NCBI GenBank assembly: GCA_902384455.1
Contig: CABMCB010000071.1
Location: forward strand, 1 to 64,000
DNA from: an uncultured archaeon
GTDB lineage: Archaea > Altiarchaeota > Altiarchaeia > IMC4 > SCGC-AAA252-I15
Length of the DNA stretch: 64,000 nt
Reading direction: 5' to 3'
Below, in pieces: positions 19,247 through 30,143 of this stretch (position 1 is its first letter; each line of letters starts with the position of its first letter). A model generated the notes under the pieces. It ran no database searches, was not told where the DNA came from, and was given only the letters and a program-made list of their open reading frames with translations. The position numbers and the translations under genes are program-made.

Positions 19247-21268
19247 CTACTCTTGCGCGAAGAAGAATTTTCCGTGGCGCGGCTCATATATCGTGCCGTT
19301 CTGCTTCAGCTCCTGGATGATGCCTTCCGCGTCCATCCTGTCTATGTTGTGCTCCTTAGCCTTCTCAATAACCTCTTGAAGCGATGCACCATCCTCTCCG
19401 CGAGAACTAATCAGCTCCTTAATTATGCCCTCTATCAAGTGGATTCTGTCCCTCTTCGCCTTCGGGTGCGACGTAATAACCTTGTCTATGTCGAAAGTGC
19501 CCGTCGCCGCATCATAAGCAATCTCCCTAAGAACGAACTCAGTCAAGTCAACTGCCGCCTGAACGTCGTTGAGCGTCACCACGTCGGACAGGCGGGTTTT
19601 GGCGGAGGCCTCAGATAGTCGGACTAGGGCTTCGAGTTGTCTGGGTGTTGCGGCTACTGAGTCTTTGCTTCTGCCTCTTAGTTCGGTGTAGTAGTCGCGT
19701 ATTTTGTCTGAGGCTTCTTTTGTGAGCACTGGGAAGCAGGTTCTTCTTGCGTATGCGATGTATTTCCTGAATATGTCCGCTTCTATCTCGGGGGCGATTT
19801 CCGCAAGTTCTTTTTCGCTGCGGTGCATTTTCAGGATGTGTTCTGCGACTCGTTGGTCGCGGGTTGCGTCGCGTTCGTCGCGTATGGGGAATATGAGGTC
19901 GAAACGTGAGAGTAGTGTTGGGGGTATGTCGAATTGTTCTGCTATCGGCTTGTAGGCGTCGAATCTGCTGAATTTCGGGTTGGATGCTGCTAGCACGCTT
20001 GTGTTTGCCTTGAATTTGGCGACTATGCCGGCTTTGGCGACGCTGATTGTTTGTTGTTCCATTGCTTCGTGCATGGCTGAGCGGTCGTCTTTGTCTATTT
20101 TGTCGAACTCGTCGATGCAGGCGATGCCGCCTCCCGCAAGTACTAGTGCTCCTGCCTTTAGCGTCCATGCGCCTTCGTTTAGTTCGTCGCGTTCCGCGCT
20201 TGCCGTGAGTCCTGCGCCTGTGGTTCCTTTTCCGCTGACGTAGATGCTTTTCGGAGCTATTTGGTCCACGTACTGTAGGACACGGGATTTAGCGACACCA
20301 GGGTCTCCGATTAGAAGTAGGTGTATGTCGCTTCTGACGTGGGTTCCGTCGGGCAGTATTTTCCCGTGGCGTCCGCCGAACAGCTGCAGGGCGATTGCGG
20401 ATTTTACTTCGTTGTACCCGTAGATGCTGGGGGCTATGCTGCGGGTTATCTTGTCGTATATTTTTGGGTCTTTGGCGAGCTTCTTGATCTTCTTTTCTTC
20501 GTCGGGCGTAATCTCTATGTCCTCGAATTCCGCCTCAACGGACTCTATATAGTTGGCGTCTATGAACCGCTGGTATACGGGGCCTCTGCTTTTTGGAGGT
20601 GACAGTCTTACAGTGCCAGTGAGCGTTATTTTGTCTCCTGCCGTTACGCGGTCTACCATATCGTCTTCAAGCCAGATTTCTATTCTCCTAGCCTGGTCTC
20701 CGCCTTTGAGCATCTCAAGGGGCTCCTGGATTTCTATCCGCTGTATGTCTATCCAGTCGCTTTCTTCTGGGACGAACTTGAATTCCCTCCCCTGGCAGGC
20801 GTGGCAGCGCATCGGCGACGTAAGGCTGTGTTTGTGGTGTGCTTCCTGAGGTTCGCGGTTTACTTCGCCGCACTTCAGGCATACGAAGTGCCCTACCTTC
20901 ACCTTAGGCAGTACGTCGCTAATCTTGTTGACGACCCCTTCGGCGCCTATCATCCTGCCTATGAAGTCGCTTGTTATGTCGCGGACAAGAAGAGTGTAGC
21001 CGGGGTCTTTGGGGATGTTGTTTATGCGGACGTGGAAGAGGGGGTTTTCGGCGACTGTGGGGATGTGCATCTCCGACAGAACGCCGTCAAAGACCGGCAG
21101 AACGTCGTCGGGCGAGCGAAGGAGCTCCTCGGCGATTTCAGAGTCGTACTCTTCAAGGTCGGCGAAATCGATTATGTAGCTTTTGTGCTTGGGGTAGTCG
21201 GAAAGACGGCTTTGTATGTCGGTCCTGCGCGCCTCAAGAAACCCTTCAACCTTCTCTTTCTCAGCCAC
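19247..21268 (-). CDS. mcm: MCM replicative helicase
   Basis: Zn finger, GDPGVAKS, CIDEFDK, AMEQQTISVAKAG, LLSRFDL, TPRQLEALVRLSEA. Confidence 0.98.
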   Translation of the reverse strand: MAEKEKVEGFLEARRTDIQSRLSDYPKHKSYIIDFADLEEYDSEIAEELLRSPDDVLPVFDGVLSEMHIPTVAENPLFHVRINNIPKDPGYTLLVRDITSDFIGRMIGAEGVVNKISDVLPKVKVGHFVCLKCGEVNREPQEAHHKHSLTSPMRCHACQGREFKFVPEESDWIDIQRIEIQEPLEMLKGGDQARRIEIWLEDDMVDRVTAGDKITLTGTVRLSPPKSRGPVYQRFIDANYIESVEAEFEDIEITPDEEKKIKKLAKDPKIYDKITRSIAPSIYGYNEVKSAIALQLFGGRHGKILPDGTHVRSDIHLLLIGDPGVAKSRVLQYVDQIAPKSIYVSGKGTTGAGLTASAERDELNEGAWTLKAGALVLAGGGIACIDEFDKIDKDDRSAMHEAMEQQTISVAKAGIVAKFKANTSVLAASNPKFSRFDAYKPIAEQFDIPPTLLSRFDLIFPIRDERDATRDQRVAEHILKMHRSEKELAEIAPEIEADIFRKYIAYARRTCFPVLTKEASDKIRDYYTELRGRSKDSVAATPRQLEALVRLSEASAKTRLSDVVTLNDVQAAVDLTEFVLREIAYDAATGTFDIDKVITSHPKAKRDRIHLIEGIIKELISSRGEDGASLQEVIEKAKEHNIDRMDAEGIIQELKQNGTIYEPRHGKFFFAQE

Positions 21269-21410
21269 CCTTTCACCCCCACAAGGGAATTAGGTATATG
21301 CCAACAGCATATAAAAGAACTCCTTTTGCCAAGACGCGCCTTCAGCAGGGGCGGTTGCGGCTTTTGGTTCGTTAAATAATCGCCTTAGCGCAAGAATTAA
21401 CGGTAGTCAA

Positions 21411-21635
21411 ATGGCTAAAGACAAAGAAAAGCCGGAAATGACGTGGCACAGGCATCATAAGCGGAGAGGAGCAACTAGGTTAGTGCTCGGAGTTTTCCTT
21501 CTTTTGATTGGACTAAGCTGGCTGGGCAACGACATGGGATTATGGCACCTCAACATCCCGTGGGCACCTCTTGCGCTAGTGCTCTTTTCAATACACATGA
21601 TGCTTAGCGGGTTCTGGAGACTCAAAGAGAAGTAA
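21411..21635 (+). CDS. Small two-TM membrane protein (LiaI/LiaF-like)
   Basis: LGVFLLLIGLSWLGNDMG..IPWAPLALVLF pattern. Confidence 0.65.
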   Translation: MAKDKEKPEMTWHRHHKRRGATRLVLGVFLLLIGLSWLGNDMGLWHLNIPWAPLALVLFSIHMMLSGFWRLKEK

Positions 21636-21679
21636 GGGCGCGCTCAAAGCGGCGCGTTCGCACCATCCGCTCAAAGAAG

Positions 21680-22249
21680 ATGCAGGAAAAAACAGCCACA
21701 CCGCCTCAAGCGTCGTCTCCTCATCCAGCGTACCCTATCTTAGATGTTGGCTTAATGCTTAAGTCGAAAATTCTTTCTGACGCTGAAATAAGGGAAACTC
21801 TCGAAGCCGCGACTAAAGAGAGGGGCAGGCCGGTAAACATTTTGTTTACTTGCGCTCGGGGCGAGGTCTGTTCGCCTACGATGTCCCTGACTTTCCAGGA
21901 GCATTTGAGGCGCAGAGGATTCGAAAAGTTTTTTACGTCAAGTTCAACGGGCGTTTATGAAGAACGCAGAGAAAGTTTAGGGTTGAAGCCCGCAGACCTG
22001 CTGGCGCACAAGTTCAGCGGCTACGATTTTGTGCTGCCTCTGGCAATCGGCGAACCAGTCTCTATGTGGGTTTCCCAGCATGAGGCGGCGTTGGCTCAAA
22101 TGCCGCCTGAATCAAGGCCGACTTTGATTCCCTACTTGATTTCTGACCCTGATCGGGGTGATATAGTGGACTTGATTGGGGAGCAGTATCAGGAGCCGTA
22201 TCTGCAGGAAATTGTGCGGGTGCTTCGGCAAAGGCTCATTAAAAGTTAG
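21680..22249 (+). CDS. Hypothetical protein, LMW-PTP/arsenate-reductase-like fold with altered P-loop
   Basis: NILFTCARGEVCSPT (Cx5R replaced by Cx5C), YDFVLPL, ISDP. Confidence 0.6.
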   Translation: MQEKTATPPQASSPHPAYPILDVGLMLKSKILSDAEIRETLEAATKERGRPVNILFTCARGEVCSPTMSLTFQEHLRRRGFEKFFTSSSTGVYEERRESLGLKPADLLAHKFSGYDFVLPLAIGEPVSMWVSQHEAALAQMPPESRPTLIPYLISDPDRGDIVDLIGEQYQEPYLQEIVRVLRQRLIKS

Positions 22250-23868
22250 CTTTCCATCCTAACCTGCTTTCCTTGGGCTGCTGCCGCCTCTATGAGTGAC
22301 GCGGCGGTGGTGTTGCGGCGTATCCTCAGGTTTCCTGCGCGGTTTACTCTTCCGCGGGCCACTTCCTCTTCTCCTGCGAGTATGCGGACGTTGCAGTCTC
22401 TAAGGTGCGGTGCCTTGAATATGAGGTGTTTTTTTGTGAACTGAAATGGGACGTCGCCTGCTGTCGTCCGTCCGCCTTGCCGGCCTCTGTGGCGGAAGTT
22501 GCGGCTTGGCCTTTGGGAGGAGACGTCGGCGAGCGGTATGACGACGACTTCTTCGCCGAAGCTGTACATCTCGTATTCCGGCTGTCCGTTTTCGAAGTCG
22601 CGTATTTCTATTACGGGGCGGGATAAGTCTGATTCCGTCATTCCGGCGGGGACTTTCACCGTCATGGAGAGTTCGTAGACTTTGGTTATTTTCCCCTTCT
22701 CTATGTAGAGGACAGTGTCCACTACGTGAGGTATTACGCCCAGTTCAACGCGGCCGACAAGCCTTTGTATGGCGTCTATGGGTTGTGACGCGTGTGTTAC
22801 GCCTACTAAGCCCACTCCCGCAAGCCGCATGTCCGCGAACACTGTGAAGTCGCTTGTTTTCCTAAGCTCGTCGTATATGGTGTAGTCCGGGCGGACAAGA
22901 AGAAGCAGGTCGCCTGTTTTTTCCATGCTGCCGGAGAGCGGGCCGTATTGTGTTATTTCTTCGTGGACTGATAGGTCGCGGGGCTGTTCCATTGTTTTTA
23001 TTATTTTTCCGCTTGTTCTGTAGTGTTCGGCGAGCGCCTGCACGAAGGTTGTTTTTCCTGCGCCTGGCCGTCCTGCGACGAACACTCCTTCGGCGTGGTC
23101 GGATAGGCGGGATAGTAACCTGTCTGAAAGGCGGTAGTCCGAAAGGAGCAATTTGACGAGCGGCTTCACCGCAGTAACCTCCAGCGCGGACGAAAAAGGC
23201 GGCCTTGCTATGACTATCCTGTATTCGCCCAGTTGTATGACTGTGGCGCCTCTTTCCTCGATTTCAACGAACCCTTTGGTTGAATTGTGGGCGTACTCGA
23301 TTATTTCTCGGACGTGGGCTTCGGCGTCTTCTCTTGTTAGCTTGTCTCCAATGCGGGTAAGCCGGAATTCTCCCACACTCCCTTTTTTCGCGTAGACGGC
23401 TGCGTTCTCCTTAAGGTGGACGCTCATCGTCTCGTGGTCGAATAGGCTGAAAAGGCGCGGTTTTTTGACGCGGTCTTTTCTCTCGATGAAAAGAACTGTG
23501 ATTCCTTTGGCTTGGGCGGTCAGCGCTGAAATCCTGTCTCCCGTCACAAGAGTCGCCCTGTTGTCGTAGGCGACGCGCCTAACGAGTTCACCGAGTCTGC
23601 CTGCCGACCCGTCACTAAAGTCGGGGTGCCTGGGAAGCTCGCCGTCAAAGCGGACGTCTAAGCCCCCGTCTTTCGCCAAATCCTGCAGGCGCTTAATTTC
23701 AGAGAGCCCCTCAATACCGGCCTCCCTTCCTTCGCGGGCCTGCCATTCAAGTTCGGCGACTACGGCGTTAGGTATGATGACCGACATATTCCTCTTGCCT
23801 GCCACAATCTCCGTCACTTTCCCGTCGACCAGCGCGCTTGCGTCAGGAACCAGTATGCCGCTTTCCAT
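22246..23868 (-). CDS. PIN-domain ATPase (PINA family)
   Basis: N-terminal PIN domain (VPDASALVDG, VVAELE), GRPGAGKTT, TMEQPRDL, RPDYTIYDE, ELGVIPHVVDT. Confidence 0.93.
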   Translation of the reverse strand: MESGILVPDASALVDGKVTEIVAGKRNMSVIIPNAVVAELEWQAREGREAGIEGLSEIKRLQDLAKDGGLDVRFDGELPRHPDFSDGSAGRLGELVRRVAYDNRATLVTGDRISALTAQAKGITVLFIERKDRVKKPRLFSLFDHETMSVHLKENAAVYAKKGSVGEFRLTRIGDKLTREDAEAHVREIIEYAHNSTKGFVEIEERGATVIQLGEYRIVIARPPFSSALEVTAVKPLVKLLLSDYRLSDRLLSRLSDHAEGVFVAGRPGAGKTTFVQALAEHYRTSGKIIKTMEQPRDLSVHEEITQYGPLSGSMEKTGDLLLLVRPDYTIYDELRKTSDFTVFADMRLAGVGLVGVTHASQPIDAIQRLVGRVELGVIPHVVDTVLYIEKGKITKVYELSMTVKVPAGMTESDLSRPVIEIRDFENGQPEYEMYSFGEEVVVIPLADVSSQRPSRNFRHRGRQGGRTTAGDVPFQFTKKHLIFKAPHLRDCNVRILAGEEEVARGRVNRAGNLRIRRNTTAASLIEAAAAQGKQVRMES

Positions 23869-23942
23869 CGTCAATGAACGAATACAAAACGCCCTCCTTT
23901 TTAAGAAGACGATATGAAGTATTAAGGTAATCCTCTAATAAG

Positions 23943-24641
23943 ATGTCAGCTTCAAGATTGCTCGCAAGAAACATAGCCGGCGAAATAACCCTCTCGGAAG
24001 ACCCCGGCAGCGTCATACGCAAATGGAGGGAAATATTCGGCGTAAGCCAAAACGCACTCGCCAAAACGCTAAAGATGTCGCCTTCAGTCATAAGCGACTA
24101 CGAAAGCGGAAGGCGAAAAAGCCCAGGAACCCACTTCATAGCGCGCCTCGTAGAAGCCCTCATAAAGCTGGACGCTTCAGGCGGAGGCGCAGTCCTGAAG
24201 AACCTAACGCCAGCCAAAGAGCCCCCCGCAATACTAGACCTGAAGGAATTCAGCAAACAGATTACAGCCCGCAAATTCATCAAGGCGATAGGCGGACAGA
24301 TTCTGACAGGCAAAAACTACGTCGACACACCCCTACACGGATACACCGTAATAGACAGCATACAAGCAATACTCACACTGTCCCCAAAAGAATTCCTGCG
24401 CATATACGGCTCAAACGCAGACAGAGCACTCATATTCACCGAAGTAAGCATGGGACGAAGCCCAATGATAGCAATCAAAGTCACACGGCCCAAACCCAAA
24501 CTCGTAATACTACAGGGACTTAAGGCCAAAGACGTGGACAAACTGGCGGTGCGCATCGCCAAAATAGAAGGAATACCCCTCGTAGTGACAAACGCGCGAA
24601 CCAAAGAAGAACTCATAAAACGCCTGAGAGAAGCCACATGA
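23943..24641 (+). CDS. XRE-HTH transcriptional regulator (conserved archaeal)
   Basis: [46 protein letters not shown]. Confidence 0.9.
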   Translation: MSASRLLARNIAGEITLSEDPGSVIRKWREIFGVSQNALAKTLKMSPSVISDYESGRRKSPGTHFIARLVEALIKLDASGGGAVLKNLTPAKEPPAILDLKEFSKQITARKFIKAIGGQILTGKNYVDTPLHGYTVIDSIQAILTLSPKEFLRIYGSNADRALIFTEVSMGRSPMIAIKVTRPKPKLVILQGLKAKDVDKLAVRIAKIEGIPLVVTNARTKEELIKRLREAT

Positions 24642-25693
24642 AAAAAGTAGGAATCACAGGATACGGAGCATACATACCCCTCTACAGAATCAAAGCCGAA
24701 GACATAGCCCGAGTATGGGGCGACGACGCAACCCACATAAAAAGCGGCCTAGGAATAAACGAAAAAAGCGTCCCATCCATGGACGAAGACACCGCGTCAA
24801 TTGCGGTCGAAGCCGCCAGAAACGCCATAGCCCACGCAGGCATCGACCCCAAAGAAGTCGGCGCAATATACGTCGGAAGCGAAAGCCACCCCTACGCAGT
24901 CAAACCCACAGCCACAATAGTCGCAGAAGCAATAGAAGCCACACCAAACCTAACCGCCGCAGACTTCGAATTCGCATGCAAAGCCGGAACAGCAGCCATC
25001 CAAACCTGCATGGGACTAGCCGCATCAGGATACATAAAATACGGCCTCGCCATAGGCGCAGACACAAGCCAAGGCCGGCCAGGCGACGTGTTGGAATACA
25101 CGGCAAGCGCGGGAGGCGCAGCGTTCCTGATTGGCCGCGAGAATCTTGTGGCTGAAATTCATGATACTTTCAGCGTGACGACGGACACGCCTGATTTCTG
25201 GCGGCGTGAAGGCGAAGAGTTTCCTTCGCACGGTAGCCGCTTCACGGGAGAGCCCGCCTACTTTAAGCACGTGCTAATGGCCGCCGAGGGGATACTTGAG
25301 AAGAACAGCATGAAAATATCTGACTTTGATTATGTGGTTTTGCATCAGCCTAACGGGAAGTTTCCGCAGAGGGCGGCTAAGCAGTTGGGTGCGACGGCTG
25401 AGCAGATTAGAACCGGGCTTTTGTGCCCCTTCATAGGTAACACTTATTCTGGGGCGTCTCCTTTGGGTTTGACTGCGGTGTTGGATGAGGCGAAGGCGGG
25501 CAGCAAGATTTTGCTTGCGTCTTATGGGAGCGGCGCAGGCAGCGACGCATTCATAATGGAGGTGACGGCGGAGAACGAAAAACGTAAGCCTCCTACGTTG
25601 ACTAGGCAGTACGTTGAGCGGAAGTCTTACGTGGATTACGCTATATACAGCAAGCTGAAAAGCAAAATCATCGGGGTGAAACTCCAGAAATGA
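24638..25693 (+). CDS. Hydroxymethylglutaryl-CoA synthase (archaeal)
   Basis: [42 protein letters not shown]. Confidence 0.96.
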   Translation: MKKVGITGYGAYIPLYRIKAEDIARVWGDDATHIKSGLGINEKSVPSMDEDTASIAVEAARNAIAHAGIDPKEVGAIYVGSESHPYAVKPTATIVAEAIEATPNLTAADFEFACKAGTAAIQTCMGLAASGYIKYGLAIGADTSQGRPGDVLEYTASAGGAAFLIGRENLVAEIHDTFSVTTDTPDFWRREGEEFPSHGSRFTGEPAYFKHVLMAAEGILEKNSMKISDFDYVVLHQPNGKFPQRAAKQLGATAEQIRTGLLCPFIGNTYSGASPLGLTAVLDEAKAGSKILLASYGSGAGSDAFIMEVTAENEKRKPPTLTRQYVERKSYVDYAIYSKLKSKIIGVKLQK

Positions 25694-26859
25694 CGCGCAA
25701 AGTAGGAATCATAGGCGTTGGGATGACGGACTTCGGCGAGTTCTGGGAGAAATCATACCGCGACCTAATCCGGGAGGCGGGGGTAGAAGCTATAAACGAT
25801 GCCAAAATAGAAGGCGAAAAAATAGACGCATTATACGTGGGAAGCATGAGCCCCGGAATACTCATAGGCCAGGAGCACATCGGGGCGCTCGTTGCCGACA
25901 CCGCAGGACTGCACGGGATAGAGGCGACGCGCGTTGAAAGCGCGTGCGCAAGCGGAGGTGTCGCGTTGCGCGGCGCATGGATGAGCGTTAAGGCGGGAGT
26001 AAACGACCTGGTCATCGCAGGCGGAGTCGAAAAGATGACCGACTCAAGTGTCGGCGCAGCAACAATAGCTTTGGGGGGAGCAGCAGACCAGGAGTGGGAA
26101 GTGTTCCACGGAGCCACATTCCCCGCGTTGTACGCGCTGATGGCCCGCCGCCACATGCTTGAGTACGGAACAACGGAAGAGCAGATGGCGATGGTTGCAG
26201 TCAAAAACCACCACAACGGCAGCTTGAACCCGCACGCCCAATTCCCATTCGAAGTCACACTCGAGCAAGTAATGAAGTCTTCGCCCGTAGCAGACCCGCT
26301 GAAGCTTCTGGACTGCAGCCCCATAACAGACGGCGCAGCAGTCGTAATTCTCGCTTCGGAAGAAAAAGCAAAGGAACTGGGCGTAGAGCCAATATGGATA
26401 ACCGGAAGCGGACAAAGCAACGACTTTTTAGCACTGCACGACAGAGCAAGCCTGTCCGAAACCAAAGCCGCAGTGGAAGCGGCTAAAAAAGCATACAAGA
26501 TGGCAGGCGTCAAACCCTCCGACATAGAATTCGCGGAAGTGCACGACTGCTTCACAATCGCCGAAATAATGGCAATCGAAGCCCTCGGCTTCTGCAAGAA
26601 AGGCGAAGGAGGCAAATTCACGCAAGACGGAGAAACATCCCTCACAGGAAGCAAACCCGTAAACACAAGCGGAGGACTCAAAAGCAAAGGCCACCCAGTA
26701 GGCGCAACAGGCATAGCTCAGGCGATAGAAGCGGTGCTTCAGCTTCGCGGCAAAGCAGGCAAACGCCAAATCAAAGACGCCAAAGTAGGCCTCACCCATA
26801 ACGTCGGAGGCAGCGGTGCGTCTTGCACTGTTCACATTTTCGAGAGGGATGCGAAATGA
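25690..26859 (+). CDS. Acetoacetyl-CoA thiolase
   Basis: [23 protein letters not shown]; located between HMG-CoA synthase and DUF35 genes. Confidence 0.95.
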   Translation: MTRKVGIIGVGMTDFGEFWEKSYRDLIREAGVEAINDAKIEGEKIDALYVGSMSPGILIGQEHIGALVADTAGLHGIEATRVESACASGGVALRGAWMSVKAGVNDLVIAGGVEKMTDSSVGAATIALGGAADQEWEVFHGATFPALYALMARRHMLEYGTTEEQMAMVAVKNHHNGSLNPHAQFPFEVTLEQVMKSSPVADPLKLLDCSPITDGAAVVILASEEKAKELGVEPIWITGSGQSNDFLALHDRASLSETKAAVEAAKKAYKMAGVKPSDIEFAEVHDCFTIAEIMAIEALGFCKKGEGGKFTQDGETSLTGSKPVNTSGGLKSKGHPVGATGIAQAIEAVLQLRGKAGKRQIKDAKVGLTHNVGGSGASCTVHIFERDAK

Positions 26860-27257
26860 CTGAGGGAATCGCTTTGCATTGGCGGCTTTTGCCCGGCCGG
26901 TATAATCTTAAGGGGACTGAGTGCGGGAACTGCGGGGCTAAGTTTTTCCCCGCCCGCCGCATATGCTCTCACTGTCGTAGGAAAGGTAAAATCAAGGACG
27001 TGAAATACAGCGGTCTGGGCGAAATCTATACTTACACGATAGTCCGGTCGCCTTCCACCGGGTTCGAATTCCAGAAGCCGTTTGCTTTGGCTGTGATAAA
27101 GCTTGTTGAAGGTCCGCTGGTGACTGCGCAAGTCGTGGACTGCGACATCAGGGACGTTGCGATAGGCAAGAAGGTTAAGGCGGCTTTCAGGAAGATTATC
27201 GCCGACGGCGACGAAGGGATAATCAGGTACGGCTACAAGTTCCGCCTGGTGAATTAA
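26856..27257 (+). CDS. DUF35 Zn-ribbon/OB-fold scaffold of the thiolase-HMGCS complex
   Basis: CGNCG..FFPARRICSHC, GIIRYGYKF; ATGA overlap with the thiolase gene. Confidence 0.93.
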   Translation: MTEGIALHWRLLPGRYNLKGTECGNCGAKFFPARRICSHCRRKGKIKDVKYSGLGEIYTYTIVRSPSTGFEFQKPFALAVIKLVEGPLVTAQVVDCDIRDVAIGKKVKAAFRKIIADGDEGIIRYGYKFRLVN

Positions 27258-27293
27258 CGCCTTTAAGTGGGAATCCGAAATAGGTTAATCAGA

Positions 27294-27680
27294 ATGGACA
27301 TTAAGAAGATTCTTGTGCCAGTCGACGGGAGTCCCGGAAGCGCCAAAGCAGTCTACTACGCGATAGACTTTGCGAGAGCATTGAACGCGTCGGTCGTATT
27401 CCTCCACGTCGTAACCCCGATGGCTCCCGCGTTGTCCGCAGACTTCATCCGCTCCACACTCAAAGAATGCGATGCGTTGGCGAAAAAAGTCGGCGTCGCC
27501 TCGGAAGACAGCATCCGCAAAGGCACTCCTTGGGAGGAAATAGTCGAAGAAGCCAAACAAGACTACGACCTCATCGTCATGGGAAGCAAAGGCCGCACAG
27601 GAATAGCCCACCTAGTATTAGGCAGTGTCGCGGAAAACGTAGTTCAACACAGCACAATACCAGTCACAGTAGTAAGGTAA
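27294..27680 (+). CDS. Universal stress protein
   Basis: ILVPVDGS, DLIVMGSKGRTG, LGSVAENVV. Confidence 0.95.
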   Translation: MDIKKILVPVDGSPGSAKAVYYAIDFARALNASVVFLHVVTPMAPALSADFIRSTLKECDALAKKVGVASEDSIRKGTPWEEIVEEAKQDYDLIVMGSKGRTGIAHLVLGSVAENVVQHSTIPVTVVR

Positions 27681-27849
27681 AGGCCGGTATCATCCGTTGA
27701 AGTATTCCTTTTTGATTTGAGTCAGAGGTTTTGTCTTCAAGTTGCCTGTTTTAATCTTTTGCATCTCACACGCAACTCCCCTGTTCACAAGTTGAACCTC
27801 TTCCTTGCCTGTTTCCATGTTATCCTCATTTATTTTATATCTGTTTACG

Positions 27850-28899
27850 TTAGTAGCATATTTCTACGGAATTTATTGTTTGGTTTTCGCCGTAGTCAAC
27901 AGTGATTCTGTTTCCGCTTTGCGGCAGGGTTGCGACTGTGTGGTTGTCATCGTTCAAGACAAGCGTCTGGTACGTGCTGTTCAACGGGAAATTGTTGGAA
28001 ATCTCCTGTGTGCTTACTCGGACGCTTTCAATGTAGCGGGTGTCCGTAGTGCTGTCGAATGCGCGGTCGTACATGTCGATGAGCACGTATTCTCTTTGGT
28101 AGTTGGTGTACTCTACGAGGATGTCGTCTAGGTTGGCGTCGGGGCCTTCGTTGTTCAGGTCGGTTCCGTTTTCTTTTATGAACCATATGCGCTTCTGTTG
28201 CAGCGGCGCTTCAAAATTGTTTATGGGCGCAGGTCCGAGAACCTGCGGTTCGACGCCCATGGTCTTCCTGTTTAAGGGGGTGATGTTGTGGGCGAGATAG
28301 TATGACGGGGGAAACAGGTATATGTCTCCTCCGTCGTACAGTATTGTCACCGCCGTAGAGCCGAACTGACCCGTGAAAACGTCGTTCCCGTGGGGATAGT
28401 CCGGGTCGGGCTTGACGGTAATTTCGTCCAAGTTGTCTGCAACCGATTCATACGGGTACGTATAAAAGTCGATACTCGCCGGAGTTGTGACTGCTGTAAG
28501 GTCTGTGGTGAAGTTGCCTCCGTCAAAAATATCCTCGACGGTTATCCGCATTGTGGTGTCGTTGCTCTGCCGCTGGGCGTTTTCGTACTCGTAGATTTTG
28601 CCATCAACCAAGAATCTGTCGCCGACTCCAAGTGAGAACGGACCTTGGTCAAGCCGGAGGTTGTCGTAGTGCTGTCCGTCCGCATCGGTGAAGTTAATTA
28701 AGAGCTTATACTTGTGGGTTTTAGTCAGTGTCAGGTATTGTCCGCTGCAGATGCCCAACCTACTTGGCGGTGTGTCAATTACGTCTAATGGAATAGAGAT
28801 ACTATTCCAATCCGGCGTTAATTGTTGGGTGAAATTTGTGTTTGCGGTTGCAGGGCAGGAAAGAAGGATGACTAAGAGTAGCGTTATTTTCTTGTCCAT
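27850..28899 (-). CDS. Secreted protein: WNxISIP tag plus one S-layer-derived domain
   Basis: Signal peptide, then LTPDWNSISIP; remainder aligns by eye with the central part of the 55570-58254 protein. Confidence 0.75.
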   Translation of the reverse strand: MDKKITLLLVILLSCPATANTNFTQQLTPDWNSISIPLDVIDTPPSRLGICSGQYLTLTKTHKYKLLINFTDADGQHYDNLRLDQGPFSLGVGDRFLVDGKIYEYENAQRQSNDTTMRITVEDIFDGGNFTTDLTAVTTPASIDFYTYPYESVADNLDEITVKPDPDYPHGNDVFTGQFGSTAVTILYDGGDIYLFPPSYYLAHNITPLNRKTMGVEPQVLGPAPINNFEAPLQQKRIWFIKENGTDLNNEGPDANLDDILVEYTNYQREYVLIDMYDRAFDSTTDTRYIESVRVSTQEISNNFPLNSTYQTLVLNDDNHTVATLPQSGNRITVDYGENQTINSVEICY

Positions 28900-28967
28900 A
28901 AATCCGTCCCGTTATTTGTTTCGGGACGTGGACTAAAAAGGTTTTATTTCTCTATAGTCGCCTGAGT

Positions 28968-30143
28968 CTAGAATGTTCTTGTTTTTCCTTTGACGCACCA
29001 GTCTGTGACTTGGGTGACGTTTTCAAGCCAGTAGTCTGTTATGCGTTGGGCTTCTTTCTCCGCTTTTTTGTCGCCTATAATCTGTATGCTTGCGATGAGC
29101 GGCTGGTCAATCGGCTTGCCTATCTGGCTCATGAGGCGGACGTAAACTTGGGTGCAACCGGTTTTTTCGGCGATTTCGTTGGCAATTTTGTTGCTTAATA
29201 TGTTGTATATTTTGCCTACGTGGTTGACTGTGTTTTTCCCGGCCGTCGCCTCCATGCTCATGGGGCGGTAAGGAGTAATAAGGCCGTTGGCTCTGTTTCC
29301 TCTTCCTACGCTTCCGTCGTCGCCGTGTTCGGCGCTTGTTCCTGTGACCGTCAGAAATACGCTTCCGGATTCTATGTCGTCGGCTGTGTTAATGTCTACT
29401 TCCACGTCTTTGTCTGTTTTTGTGGCGATGAAGTCGAGTATTTTCTCTCTCATTGACGTCTTCGCTTCTACGTAGGCGTCGACGTCCTTAAGGTATTTGT
29501 CTATGAATGCGTTTGCGATAGTCAAAGTGATTTTGTCGTCGCACCTTACGCCCATAACCTTAACGTCGGTTCCGGAGGCCTTTATTTTGAGGTCTCCGTT
29601 TATGTATTCTGCGACTTCGAGCGTCAGCTGTTCTGTGAGCGAGAAGGGTGCGAATCCGCAGCCGAAGCTTGTGTCGTTGCTTTTGGGCGTGCCCTTGCGT
29701 TTAAAGACGTTCTGGAGGTCGCTTGAGCCTTCGCCTATCTTCTGGTCTATAATCACGTGGTTGTTGGCGTCCAGTTCCTTAATGTTCTCCTTAAGGTAGT
29801 TGCGGGCCGCCTCAATGGCGATTTCCCCGGTGGGTACGAGAGTGCCATCGACTTTGCTTGTGGCCCGTCCTCCCAAAAGAATGTATATGGGCTTCATCAT
29901 GCGGCCGCCTCCCCATTTTACTTCGTTTCTTCCGCCCACCAGTTCCACTTGGTCTGTGTTGTGGTGCATTATTGTGCCGAAGCGGGCAAGGTATTCGCGT
30001 GATAGTGCGCGGCTTACGTTTTCGGCTATTCCGTCGCATATGCTGTCTGGGTGGCCGATGCCTTTGCGTTCGACTAGTTCTACGCGTTGTTCTACTACGG
30101 GTTTTTGGTCCAGTACTTCTACGCTAATATTCCTCTGTTTCAT
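28968..30143 (-). CDS. mat: S-adenosylmethionine synthetase (archaeal type)
   Basis: [47 protein letters not shown]. Confidence 0.96.
   Translation of the reverse strand: MKQRNISVEVLDQKPVVEQRVELVERKGIGHPDSICDGIAENVSRALSREYLARFGTIMHHNTDQVELVGGRNEVKWGGGRMMKPIYILLGGRATSKVDGTLVPTGEIAIEAARNYLKENIKELDANNHVIIDQKIGEGSSDLQNVFKRKGTPKSNDTSFGCGFAPFSLTEQLTLEVAEYINGDLKIKASGTDVKVMGVRCDDKITLTIANAFIDKYLKDVDAYVEAKTSMREKILDFIATKTDKDVEVDINTADDIESGSVFLTVTGTSAEHGDDGSVGRGNRANGLITPYRPMSMEATAGKNTVNHVGKIYNILSNKIANEIAEKTGCTQVYVRLMSQIGKPIDQPLIASIQIIGDKKAEKEAQRITDYWLENVTQVTDWCVKGKTRTF

Noticed and set aside
23943-27257. HMG-CoA synthase-thiolase-DUF35 cluster as a novel system
   Set aside because: This is a well-described archaeal mevalonate-pathway complex.
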